DNA of 51,753 nt. Origin: Planctomycetota bacterium. GTDB lineage: Bacteria; Planctomycetota; Planctomycetia; Pirellulales; Lacipirellulaceae. This document shows, piece by piece, positions 40,156 through 49,296 of the stretch. Position numbers and translations under genes: made by a program. Under the pieces are notes generated by a model. The model was not told the DNA's origin. It ran no database searches and was given only the letters and a program-made list of their open reading frames with translations. The DNA is taken from positions 1 through 51,753 of the forward strand of contig JBCCXZ010000024.1 of assembly GCA_039190745.1 (NCBI GenBank), read 5' to 3'. Every line of letters starts with the position of its first letter. The stretch's first letter is position 1.

Positions 40156-41421
40156 ATGCCCTGGCTCGAAAAAACCCCACAAGGCCGCTACCACGTCGGC
40201 TTCCGCTTCGGCGGCTTGAAGTACAAGAAGGCGCTCCGTACGCGTGACGAGCGGACCGCGAATGCCCGCGTACAGCGCCTAGACGAAAACCTAAGGCTGC
40301 TAGAAGGCGGCCTGCTCACGATGCCGGCCAACGCCGACGTAGCGGCATTCCTCCTCTCGGATGGAAAGCTAGATGGAACAAAACCGAACAAGCCTAAACG
40401 CAAGCTGCGTACGCTTGGCAAGCTCTCAACCGCTTTCTTGGCTTCCATCCCAGAGGGGGCCTTAGAAGAGAGTACGATCAATGGCATGCGTACGCACCTA
40501 AAGCACCTGCGTCGCGTGCTGGGTGCTTCGTTTTCCTTGCCGGAGGCCAGTCTTGAAGACCTTCAGAGCTACGTCGAGTCGCGTGGCAAGGATAACGGGA
40601 TCCGAGGCAAGCGGCTCAGCCCTTCCACCATTAAGAAAGAGCTGACGACGCTGCGAACGCTTTGGAACTGGGCCAAGGAAGCCGGGCACTTGTCCGGGCA
40701 GTTCCCTTCCAGGGGGCTCCGCTATCCGAAGACACACGAGAAGCCTCCCTTTCAGACGCTGGCGCAGATCGAACAGCGGATTGCTAGGGGTCACCTCAGC
40801 GAGCGCGAACAGGACGAGCTTTGGGGAGCATTGTTCCTGACGACTCACGAACTCTTCGAGTTGCTCAGGCACGTCAAGGCGACATCTTCGAACGACTTCC
40901 TCTACCCGATGTTCGTGTTAGCGGCCCATACCGGCGCCAGGAGAAGCGAAATCCTGCGTTCACGCCTAGACGACATCGACTTCGCTTCTGGCGTCATCAC
41001 GATCCGCGAGAAGAAACGCGTTCAGGGGTCCACAACAACCCGCTCATCGCCACTTTCACCGCTCCTGAAGAGTGTCCTTAGCGACTACATGCCGCTGCAT
41101 CCTGGCGGAAAGTACACCTTCATGGCGCCGCCTTTCATCGAGCGATCAAAGCGGAGGACCGGAACGCCTAGCCGGATCACACGGGACCAAGCTCACGATT
41201 ATTTCAAACGGGCTGTTAGGGGGACTAGTTGGTCCAAAGCGCGAGGCTGGCACGTATTTCGCCACTCTTTCTGCTCCAACTGCGCACCCACTGGAATCGA
41301 CCAAAGAGTTATCAACGCCTAGGTAGGCCATCAGACGGAAGAAATGGTTAAGCGTTACCGCCACCTCATTCCCGACCAACAACAGAAAGCAATCACTGAA
41401 GCGTTCCCGTCGGGCCTGTAG
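40156..41421 (+). pseudogene. Tyrosine recombinase/integrase interrupted by in-frame TAG at 41320-41322
   Basis: TGARRSE and HVFRHSF precede the stop; the frame continues VGHQTEEMVKRYRHL (catalytic H and Y) to TAG 41419-41421. Confidence 0.9.
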
Positions 41422-41877
41422 AGCGGCGGGGAGGTGGTAAAGGGTTGGAAGAGGGAGCGTTGTCATCAGGAAGCTCTATGCATTGGGTCAACCCGCCCGA
41501 GTCTTTCGTGACAGTTGCCAAGCGATCGCGGCTGTGCCACAGTGCCGCATGGGTATATTGGGCACCGCTCCGCAGGAAAACTACGAAGCACTCCGGACCT
41601 CGGCGACGGGCTTGTTGTGGGTTGTGGTGTCTGTCATGGGTGACTCCTTTCGTTGTGTTGATCGTGTCCGTGTAGCGCACGCATCCACAGGGATTCAATC
41701 GGTAGACAACGACGCACACAGGGGCATGCCGCGGGAACTCCTGATTGAGGCCAGAGCGATCGGAAGAAGCCACAAGTACTCGCTGACCTATTGGATCAAC
41801 ATCACCGCACAACCCACTGACGCGCATGGGTAACCGCCGCCCGCGGGTGCGGGCGGCTTCGGCAAGGCCTCGGCAAC

Positions 41878-42063
41878 CTAGTCTTCCAAGTAGAGGCAGA
41901 GGATCAACTCGATCTCCTCACGCCAGTCGAAGTCGATCCTCCGCGCGACCACTTCCAGTTCTTCTCTGGTGAGAGTGCGACCGAGTTGCTCTTCGGCGAC
42001 CTCCTGCAGGTCGCGGGTCATCAGCGAGTAGACCACGAAGGTTGGGTCGGTGTTTTCCGGCAT
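41878..42063 (-). CDS. Small hypothetical protein (61 aa)
   Basis: GAGG RBS, ATG 42063, acidic helical sequence DLQEVAEEQLGRTLTREEL. Confidence 0.6.
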   Translation of the reverse strand: MPENTDPTFVVYSLMTRDLQEVAEEQLGRTLTREELEVVARRIDFDWREEIELILCLYLED

Positions 42064-42122
42064 CGCCTCGCGGTCGGCCGGGGGCTTGCGCCCTCGGTTC
42101 TCCGCTTGGACAAACAGCGGGC

Positions 42123-42406
42123 TCACGACCCGAACCCCGGCACGTCGGCGTTCCGCTCGGCCTGTTCTTGGGCCCGCAGGGCGATCTCCGCCTGGTAGGC
42201 CTGGAGGCACAGGTTGGCGAGCTTCAGGAGGTCGGTACCGCCGAAAGACTGGCTGTCCTTCCACCGGTCGCCGTCCTTCTTGTCGCGGTAGCCGCGTGTG
42301 GGCTTGCCGCTGTAGAAGACGCCCCCGTCCTGGGTCTCGTTCCGGAACAGCGAGATCTTCATCGAGCCGTCCCGTACCGTGATGGCTGGTTGGTTGCTTG
42401 TGTCAT
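42123..42406 (-). pseudogene. Frameshifted small mobile-element protein (..R.G..K....N...Y.D...WK.S.SF...DLL pattern)
   Basis: AAAGGAG RBS + ATG 42406 is one base out of frame with ITVRDGSMKISLFRNE.. Confidence 0.6.
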
Positions 42407-42416
42407 TTTCTTTGCT

Positions 42417-42606
42417 CCTTTGTTTGAGTTAACGACGCCCTCCGACCGTCAGGCGGGAGCAGACGGGTCAAGGGCCTGCCGCCCCCGCGGCTCGCGCCCA
42501 AAAATTCACGCCATGCCGGCGCAGCCGGGGAGATTTTTTGGTCGACCCTTGAACGGGCTGAGCCACGGCTGGCAGGATGGGCCGACGCTTAACTCACAAC
42601 CAAAGG
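42417..42606 (-). promoter_or_regulatory. Long imperfect palindrome, Frpo/ssi-like single-strand promoter candidate
   Basis: Nested inverted blocks CCTTTGTTTGAGTTAA/TTAACTCACAACCAAAGG, GTCAAGGG/CCCTTGAA and CCAAAAAT/ATTTTTTGG. Confidence 0.65.
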
Positions 42607-42702
42607 CTCGCAGCGAAGAACTTGACGCAGGCGACCAACCGGCGATCTCGGACGGTGCTCGATTGAGTAGCGAGTGTCCGCAGGACGAGTCTCGAAGGCG
42701 GG

Positions 42703-43134
42703 CTAAGCGGGTTGCCCGCTCGCAGCACGGATGAGATCCATAGCTTCCCGGGGGCGGACGATCCGCACACCGCGGACCGTACCCAGCGGCAACAAGTGCT
42801 TTTTGTCGCCGGAGACGAGCAGCGGAGCACGGCCGGCGATCGCCGTGGCGAGGATCAGGTTGTCATCGGGGTCCGCCGAGGCGGAGACGCCGGGGGTTGG
42901 CTTGACGAACACGGCTAGATCGATGATCGACCGTCGTAATTGCTCGGCCTCCTGCCGCGTGACGAGCCGCCGCAGCTTGTCGTAGGCGAGCGCTCGGAAC
43001 AGTTCTTCGGTCTGGGCTTGAGAAGTGACCAGCTCGAACGAGCCGTCCTCCCACAGCTCGAGCAACTGCTCGGGCGGGCCGCCGTGCTTCAGCAGAGCCG
43101 ACACGAGAACGTTCGTGTCAAGAACGACCCGCAT
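42703..43134 (-). CDS. PIN-domain toxin (VapC-like, PIN_3 type)
   Basis: MRVVLDTNVLVSA, EL, DPDDN...A.A and SGDKKHLL motifs. Confidence 0.92.
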   Translation of the reverse strand: MRVVLDTNVLVSALLKHGGPPEQLLELWEDGSFELVTSQAQTEELFRALAYDKLRRLVTRQEAEQLRRSIIDLAVFVKPTPGVSASADPDDNLILATAIAGRAPLLVSGDKKHLLPLGTVRGVRIVRPREAMDLIRAASGQPA

Positions 43135-43375
43135 CGGGGTTTATCTGGTTGTTGCCCTCACGCGCGGTTTCGACCGCTTCGTCGATCAGCTGGTCCAACT
43201 CGTCGGGGTCGGCGGACTTGGTCTTCGCACGCACTCCGCGGACGGTCTCGAAGAAGATCGCCCGATTCAGTGTGCGGTTGACGAATTCGTCGACATCGAT
43301 GTCCTTCCCTCTGCTGGAGAGCAAGGCCTTCAGACCTCGGTAGGTCTCGTCGGGGATGTGGATTTCTTTGGTCAT
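43118..43375 (-). CDS. Putative antitoxin (RHH-like) of the PIN toxin
   Basis: 85 aa, overlaps toxin start, N-terminal beta-alpha-alpha pattern, acidic C-terminus. Confidence 0.75.
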   Translation of the reverse strand: MTKEIHIPDETYRGLKALLSSRGKDIDVDEFVNRTLNRAIFFETVRGVRAKTKSADPDELDQLIDEAVETAREGNNQINPDAGRS

Positions 43376-43810
43376 ACTTCCAGCTTAGCGCGTAGAGCCA
43401 AAGTGATGCAAGAAAAATCGAAGCGACGACACCTAGTTGGTTGGGCCATGGTCTTCAAGGCAGTGGAGAACCAGACTTCTTGCTAGACAACTAACTCGTT
43501 CGCAGCCCTTGAATCTCTCAGTCAGCCAAGAGTGACAGCGTTCCGTAAGGCAGAAAGTTGTTGGCCCTTTAGTATGCTTATAGGATAGTTAGGACACTTC
43601 AGCCTACTTATCTTGGTTGCCCAGAGATATCCAACGAAAAGTCGAATGACCTTTGCGTAATGGTGCCTGGGGCTATTTGCGGGTTAGGACCACTAGGTAC
43701 TCCCGATAGTGCCATTGACGTCACGCCTTCGTCGAGCATGCTCGTTCAGCGTTCAGCTAGACTCGGCGCCTTTCCGGTCTTGTGCTCCTTGAACACCGCC
43801 TAAGCCAAGA

Positions 43811-44902
43811 ATGGATCGCTCCATGGACCGTTGCCGGTTCATCAGGATTACTCGGAGAACTCGGCCCGACATCGCCGTACCGGCGAGTGGGTTCACAATA
43901 GTCGAGCTTCTTGTTGTGCTGACGATCATCGCCTTTTTGGTTGGGCTGCTCCTTCCCGCAATCCAATCTGACAGAGAATCTGCACGATCAGCCCGATGCA
44001 AGAACAATCTCAAACAGCTCGCGCTCGCTCTGCTGGAATACGAGTCGGCTCTCGGCACGTTTCCCTATGGCGGGTGGGGGCACGCTTGGGTTGGCATGGC
44101 AGACCAGGGAAGAGGAAAGGATCAGCCAGGCAGCTGGTCATTTCGCCTTTTGCCAATGATCGAACAGCAAGCTCTTCACGAGCTTGGTGATGGGGTCACC
44201 GGAAGCCTAGCGGATGCCGCTTATGCCGAGCGACACAGAACACCAATTGCGGACTTCAACTGCACATCACGCCGGGCGCTTGCGGCATGGCCAGCCAGTT
44301 CTCAGTATGCGCTCAACCCGCTCCCCCACGGCGGGACGGAGTTCGTTGCCAGGTCTGACTACGCGATCAATGGCGGAGCCTCTAACGTGCTCAGTTTTGA
44401 AGGGCCAACTACACTGGCTGAGGGACTGAGTTTCCAGTACTGGAGTTCAGATGGACGAACGGTCACGGACGTTGACGACTTCTCTGGAATCAGCCACTTG
44501 CGGTTTGCAGTCTCAGCAAAGAGAGTAACAGACGGGCTGAGCAGGACCTATTTGGTTGGCGAGAAGCACATTTGGCATCTAGACGCAGAGAACGGCACGT
44601 CTCCAGGGGACAACGAATCGCTATACCATGGCTACAGCTTAGATGGGCACAGGTTCACGGGAGCACTATCCTCCACTGCTTCCGACCCGACACTCCCTCC
44701 CCTTTCTGATAGGAGTAAAGCTCCGTCGGAAGCGCTCCCTGCCTTTACACGATTCGGTTCGTCACACGTAGCGAGCCTCAACATGGCATTCTGCGACGGT
44801 TCCGTTCAAGCAATCGGCTTTGACGTTGATCCTTTCGTGCACATGAATCTCGGACATCGTTATGACGGATCGGCGGACGATCTGTCAGCTGTCGACGAAT
44901 AG
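43811..44902 (+). CDS. DUF1559 prepilin-type protein (planctomycete SBP_bac_10 / H-X9-DG family)
   Basis: [23 protein letters not shown]...C.NNLKQ, TDGLS.T...GEK and H....NMAFCDGSV motifs. Confidence 0.93.
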   Translation: MDRSMDRCRFIRITRRTRPDIAVPASGFTIVELLVVLTIIAFLVGLLLPAIQSDRESARSARCKNNLKQLALALLEYESALGTFPYGGWGHAWVGMADQGRGKDQPGSWSFRLLPMIEQQALHELGDGVTGSLADAAYAERHRTPIADFNCTSRRALAAWPASSQYALNPLPHGGTEFVARSDYAINGGASNVLSFEGPTTLAEGLSFQYWSSDGRTVTDVDDFSGISHLRFAVSAKRVTDGLSRTYLVGEKHIWHLDAENGTSPGDNESLYHGYSLDGHRFTGALSSTASDPTLPPLSDRSKAPSEALPAFTRFGSSHVASLNMAFCDGSVQAIGFDVDPFVHMNLGHRYDGSADDLSAVDE

Positions 44903-44937
44903 CGGAAACTCTTATCGCCGTCGAGTCTCCGCAGTTG

Positions 44938-45636
44938 CTACGCCTTGACAACACCCTCGCGTACGCCGAGCCGAACGAGAGTGTTCCCTTTTCGTACATC
45001 TAGTTTCTTCATTAGGCGGCTTTTGTGGTTGTCAATCGTGCTTAGGGATAGCGACATATGCTGTGAAATCTCTCGAACGGTCATCCCCTTGCAGATAAGC
45101 TCAAGGACTTGGTACTCCCTGTCCGTTAGTAGCCCGAGTCTTTGGTTCGCATCGTCTACACGTAAACGCATTCCGTAAGGAGTGCGCTCGATGCGCTGCT
45201 CGATCTGACGGCTAAAAGTCCGCACCCCAGTTGATGCGATCCGCTGCAGTGTCTCGCGGAGTTCAACCACAGAGCAGGAACGCGTGAGGTAGCTCGTCGA
45301 TCTGCAACGGACCGATCGAAGCAGTACCGCTTCTCTTATGTGTCGATCGAAGACAACCACATGGGTATCCGGAAGCTCAGAAGCTCGTTCGGCTACCGTA
45401 GCGACCGTGGCTGCGCTATCGGGTTCTTCTAGTAGAACGATGTTGGGCCGAAGATCAGGGAGCTTTAGGATCGCATCTTCGGGATCTTCGGTCACCAGGA
45501 CTACCTGGATAGCTCTGCCTCGAGCAATTGAGCTTCCCAGGGTGTGTCGATCAAAAGCTGTGCTCGCGATTACCAGGACGCGTACATTGTCAAAGCCATG
45601 AGCATGAGGTTCCTGCTTCTGTAGGGGGTATGTCAT
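44938..45636 (-). CDS. NarL/LuxR-family regulator with atypical receiver domain
   Basis: LTDREYQVL..I.KG....I...S..T..NHK..LM.KL HTH; receiver acidic pocket degenerate. Confidence 0.88.
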   Translation of the reverse strand: MTYPLQKQEPHAHGFDNVRVLVIASTAFDRHTLGSSIARGRAIQVVLVTEDPEDAILKLPDLRPNIVLLEEPDSAATVATVAERASELPDTHVVVFDRHIREAVLLRSVRCRSTSYLTRSCSVVELRETLQRIASTGVRTFSRQIEQRIERTPYGMRLRVDDANQRLGLLTDREYQVLELICKGMTVREISQHMSLSLSTIDNHKSRLMKKLDVRKGNTLVRLGVREGVVKA

Positions 45637-46486
45637 TAGTCTTGATCAAGGAACGATTTAGCGCCTCTTTGCTTAATGAGGCCAGCTCACGAGTACGGTC
45701 TGCAGACAATCACTCGGTGGGTATGCGCAAACTGGGGTGACAGTCTTTTGTCTGATATGCTCCCCAAACGCAGTCGCAAAGCGGCGGGGATTAGGACACC
45801 AAAAAGCTGAGGTTTTCAAAGTGAACCACGACCAAGTGTTTCCAGAATCGTTGCAAATCCATTCTCCATATGGCTTTGCGACTACTCGGCCACGCTTAAA
45901 TTGAGCTTCTATTCACCCTTAAAGGTGCTGAAGCCTTGCTCGAGTTCAGCCCGGACGCCTTCCCGGTCTCACGCCGCGGCCAGGCCGATCCCCCCCGGCC
46001 AGCTCCAGCCGACGATCCCTGACTCCGCCGCGTGGCAGCAAAGCCCCAATTCGAACAAAACTCCTGAAATCTCCTCAGTGAGGTCAGCTAGTCGTAGCGG
46101 GTAGGCTCCGCTAGCCGAGCGGTTGGCCAAGCAGTAGCGGAGCAGCTCGTCGGTCAGATCGCACTGCCATTTCCGATCTCTGCCGGGTAGCCGAGCTTCT
46201 TGACCGGATCAGACGTGGTTGTCTTCGATTTATCGACTTGCATTCGCTGAACAAGCTGCTCAGCCTGCGGTGACACGCAGCCTGATGGCCTAAGTTCGTA
46301 TCGCATGAAGTCCTGGGGCTCTGGGGCACGATAGCTAAGCTACACACGGCCCGGCGGCAGCATTAAGATAGGCAAGTCCCGGTGGGCGTTTTGGGACTCC
46401 TTGGTTCCAGTCGCAAGGCATCGGGCAATCGGACACCCAACTTGCAAGATCGCGTTGGCTGGGGCTATTTGTCCCCAGCTCGAGTT

Positions 46487-47062
46487 ATGCCGAATTCCCA
46501 ATTTCAAGAGCTTCTCGCCAGCGCTACCGGCGGTTCTGAGGAAGCGGCCTGGGCCCTCACCGAGCGGTACACCCCGCATCTCGTGCGAATCGTCCGCCTG
46601 AGGCTCTCCAGGACTATGCGGCAGCACTTCGACTCGATCGACTTCGTACAACAGGTATGGTCTTCGCTGTTTTTGTCTGAGAAGCCGCTTCGTGAATTCG
46701 GCAGCGAGCAAGAGCTGATGAGGCACCTCGTCGCGCGAGTGCGGCACAAAGTTATCGACGCGAGCAGGGCCATGACTACCGCCAAGCGAGACGTGCGTCG
46801 CAACGTCGCCTTCCACATGACTGGCGATGACGATGAAGACGCCGCGCCGGAGCCTCACTCACAGCCGGGGACCGGCAGCCAAGTATTCGTCGCCCGGGAG
46901 AAGTGGTGCAGGGTCATGGACGGGAAGCCGGAGCGCGTCCAGAAGATTGTCAAGCTCCGCCTGGCAGGGAATAGTAACGCCGAGATCGCTGAGCAGTGCG
47001 GGGTAACGCCGCGCACGGTCCTGCGGTCTCTAGACTCTGTCAGAGAAGAGTTCCTGGGTTGA
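46487..47062 (+). CDS. ECF sigma factor (kinase-associated planctomycete type)
   Basis: G...A...L..RY, R..FDSIDFVQ and region 4 G.SNAEIAE..G...RTV.R. Confidence 0.9.
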   Translation: MPNSQFQELLASATGGSEEAAWALTERYTPHLVRIVRLRLSRTMRQHFDSIDFVQQVWSSLFLSEKPLREFGSEQELMRHLVARVRHKVIDASRAMTTAKRDVRRNVAFHMTGDDDEDAAPEPHSQPGTGSQVFVAREKWCRVMDGKPERVQKIVKLRLAGNSNAEIAEQCGVTPRTVLRSLDSVREEFLG

Positions 47063-49182
47063 GCGCTGACTCCACGAACGTCGATGGCGTCCACGCTTTC
47101 GCGGAGGACACCAGGCCGCACCCCGCACCCGACAAACACCACGCGAGGGTCCGGCGGCTCTGGCGGATCTCCAATTACCCGATACGCAACCGCGAGCTCG
47201 CCAAGATCGGCGACGTCCACCGGCTCCGCAGCCTGATCCTCGATCTTGCCCTGGAAGAGTACGAGGCCGAGGCGTCGGCTTGCGGGATACCGGACTTGTC
47301 TGCCTACTGCACGCGGTTTCGCGGTCTCGGGCAGCCCCTCGAATCTTCGCTCCGCCGGCTGCTCGACGTGCAGCAGTGCTTCGATTCCTACATCGGCGAC
47401 GGGCAGATGGATCGCTTGCCGGACTGGCCGGCTGCCGGCGAGGCTTTTGGCGAGTTCGACATCCTAGAAACTCTGGGGCAGGGCTCAGCGGGACGCGTCT
47501 ACCTAGCGCGGCAACAACGGGTCGGGGATCGAGTCGTCGTGCTCAAAGTGTCCCCGGACCGCGGCCAGCGCGAAGGACACCTGCTAGGCAAGCTCCGCCA
47601 CCCACACATTGTCTCGGTTCATTGGGTGGAGCCCGGCAGCGAAGGAGAGCTCGGCTACATCCTGATGCCGTTCTTGGGCAAGAGCACGTTGGGGGATTAT
47701 CTCGAACAGGCAAAGCCTTCACTCCACTCTGCCGGGCGGCTGTGGATGCGGGACTGCGATTACCCACTGCTGGCGAACGATGTCCTAGACGCCCAACCAC
47801 CCCTTCCGTGCGACGAGTACGAGGCGCTGTTAGTGTTCGCTCGTCAGCTGGCAGGCGCCCTTGAGTACGCTCACCGCAATGGAGTCATCCACGGAGACAT
47901 CAAGCCCTCCAATGTCCTGCTCTCACCCGGCGGCCGTCCGTACCTGATCGACTTCAATCTGGGCCGGGAACGGGACAACCTGACTGGGCCGACGGGTGGC
48001 ACGCTCCCTTACATGGCGCCCGAGCTACTCCGAGTCTTGGCGAGCGATAGCAAGCCGGGAAACGAAGTGCGCACGAGCCAGCAGGCCGACGTCTTCGCGT
48101 TCGGCATGCTGATGAGTGACTTCTTGACTGCGTTCGCCGGCAAGCCCCTGCCAACACCACCCGCAGGGGGGTCGCTGAAAGACGCCGCGCGGCAACTGCT
48201 GAGGCAACGCGAAGCGGCACCGATCGCAATCCGGGAACTCGACCGAAGAGTGAGCGCGCGGCTTGAGGGAGTGGTCTCCTCTTGCCTACGCGACAACCCG
48301 GCAGAGCGGCCGAGTGCCGCGGAGGTCTACAAGGCGCTGTCCACTGAGACAGGCCGTTGGCCACGGAAGCGGAGGGCACTCTCCACACGCCGGGTGGCGG
48401 CCGCCTGCGGAGTCACGGTGTTGATTGTCGGTTCAGCCGCGGCACTCATTCTAGCGGGCCCGGCGGACTCGGGTCCGGCGTTACTGCATCCGCCGCAGCT
48501 TTCGGCCGACGACAGCCTCAGCGAAGCGATCGACAGCCTGCTCCCCGCCGCCAGGAACGGGGACGCCCGATCGGCCGCCTTCCTTGCGTTCGCGCTACAG
48601 AAGCACGGCAAGCGTAAGGAGGCTTTTGTCTGGTACAGCCGGGCCCTCGAACTGGGGTATGTGTCGGCCGGCACACTGAACAACCTGGCCCCGCTCGCGG
48701 CCGACTACTTCCAAGGCCTCCCCGCCGACCGCTACGCCGAAGCTCTGGAGCTCGTAGACCGAGCAGAGGAAGCGGCGGGGCCGAGCGTTGAGACCCGCGT
48801 GAACCGCCTCAGGATCTGCACCGCGGGCTACCAGCTCGACGTGGTCGACGGACCTGGGGTGCTACTCCCGGTCGCCCGCACTGCTCGAGCCGATTACGCC
48901 GACCGCGGCGATGTGATGCTCGAGGTGGTCACCGCAATGCGACTGCTCGCCGAATCAGGTGACACGACAGCAGGCGAGTTCGTCGACACCCTTTCGGCAG
49001 CAGTGCAGGCAGGCTGCGGATTCTCAAGGAAGCAGCTGGAGACAGAGCTGCGGTTCCGGCGCTTCCGTGGTACGCCAGACTTCGCGAGGCTGCTGGACTC
49101 GATGCCCGCCCCCACCGAATCGCCGGCGACCATCGACACTAAGCTCGACCCTGTCGTCGGACTGCTCCCAGGGCAGCGCTAG
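47059..49182 (+). CDS. Hanks-type Ser/Thr protein kinase with TM segment and TPR-like C-terminus
   Basis: LGQGSAG.V, VLK, HGDIKPSN, DFN, GT..YMAPE and DVFAFG motifs; TTGA overlap with ECF stop. Confidence 0.93.
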   Translation: MSADSTNVDGVHAFAEDTRPHPAPDKHHARVRRLWRISNYPIRNRELAKIGDVHRLRSLILDLALEEYEAEASACGIPDLSAYCTRFRGLGQPLESSLRRLLDVQQCFDSYIGDGQMDRLPDWPAAGEAFGEFDILETLGQGSAGRVYLARQQRVGDRVVVLKVSPDRGQREGHLLGKLRHPHIVSVHWVEPGSEGELGYILMPFLGKSTLGDYLEQAKPSLHSAGRLWMRDCDYPLLANDVLDAQPPLPCDEYEALLVFARQLAGALEYAHRNGVIHGDIKPSNVLLSPGGRPYLIDFNLGRERDNLTGPTGGTLPYMAPELLRVLASDSKPGNEVRTSQQADVFAFGMLMSDFLTAFAGKPLPTPPAGGSLKDAARQLLRQREAAPIAIRELDRRVSARLEGVVSSCLRDNPAERPSAAEVYKALSTETGRWPRKRRALSTRRVAAACGVTVLIVGSAAALILAGPADSGPALLHPPQLSADDSLSEAIDSLLPAARNGDARSAAFLAFALQKHGKRKEAFVWYSRALELGYVSAGTLNNLAPLAADYFQGLPADRYAEALELVDRAEEAAGPSVETRVNRLRICTAGYQLDVVDGPGVLLPVARTARADYADRGDVMLEVVTAMRLLAESGDTTAGEFVDTLSAAVQAGCGFSRKQLETELRFRRFRGTPDFARLLDSMPAPTESPATIDTKLDPVVGLLPGQR

Positions 49183-49296
49183 GGCGACAAGCCCACCGCG
49201 GGCCTCTCTTACGGATTCTTTGTCCGATCGCGACTCCGTTTGCGACTGGTCCTATACAGGGCAACCACTCGCAACCCGCACACGGACACCCCACCG

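Noticed and set aside
41320..41322. Programmed amber readthrough or recoding in the integrase
   Set aside because: TAG is the normal stop for many genes in this window, no pyl genes are present, and neighbouring genes are also decayed; a nonsense mutation is simpler
45640..46480. Small ORFs in the LuxR-ECF intergenic region, and others at 41393-41833 and 50680-51140
   Set aside because: No RBS, motif or codon support; treated as regulatory or decayed DNA
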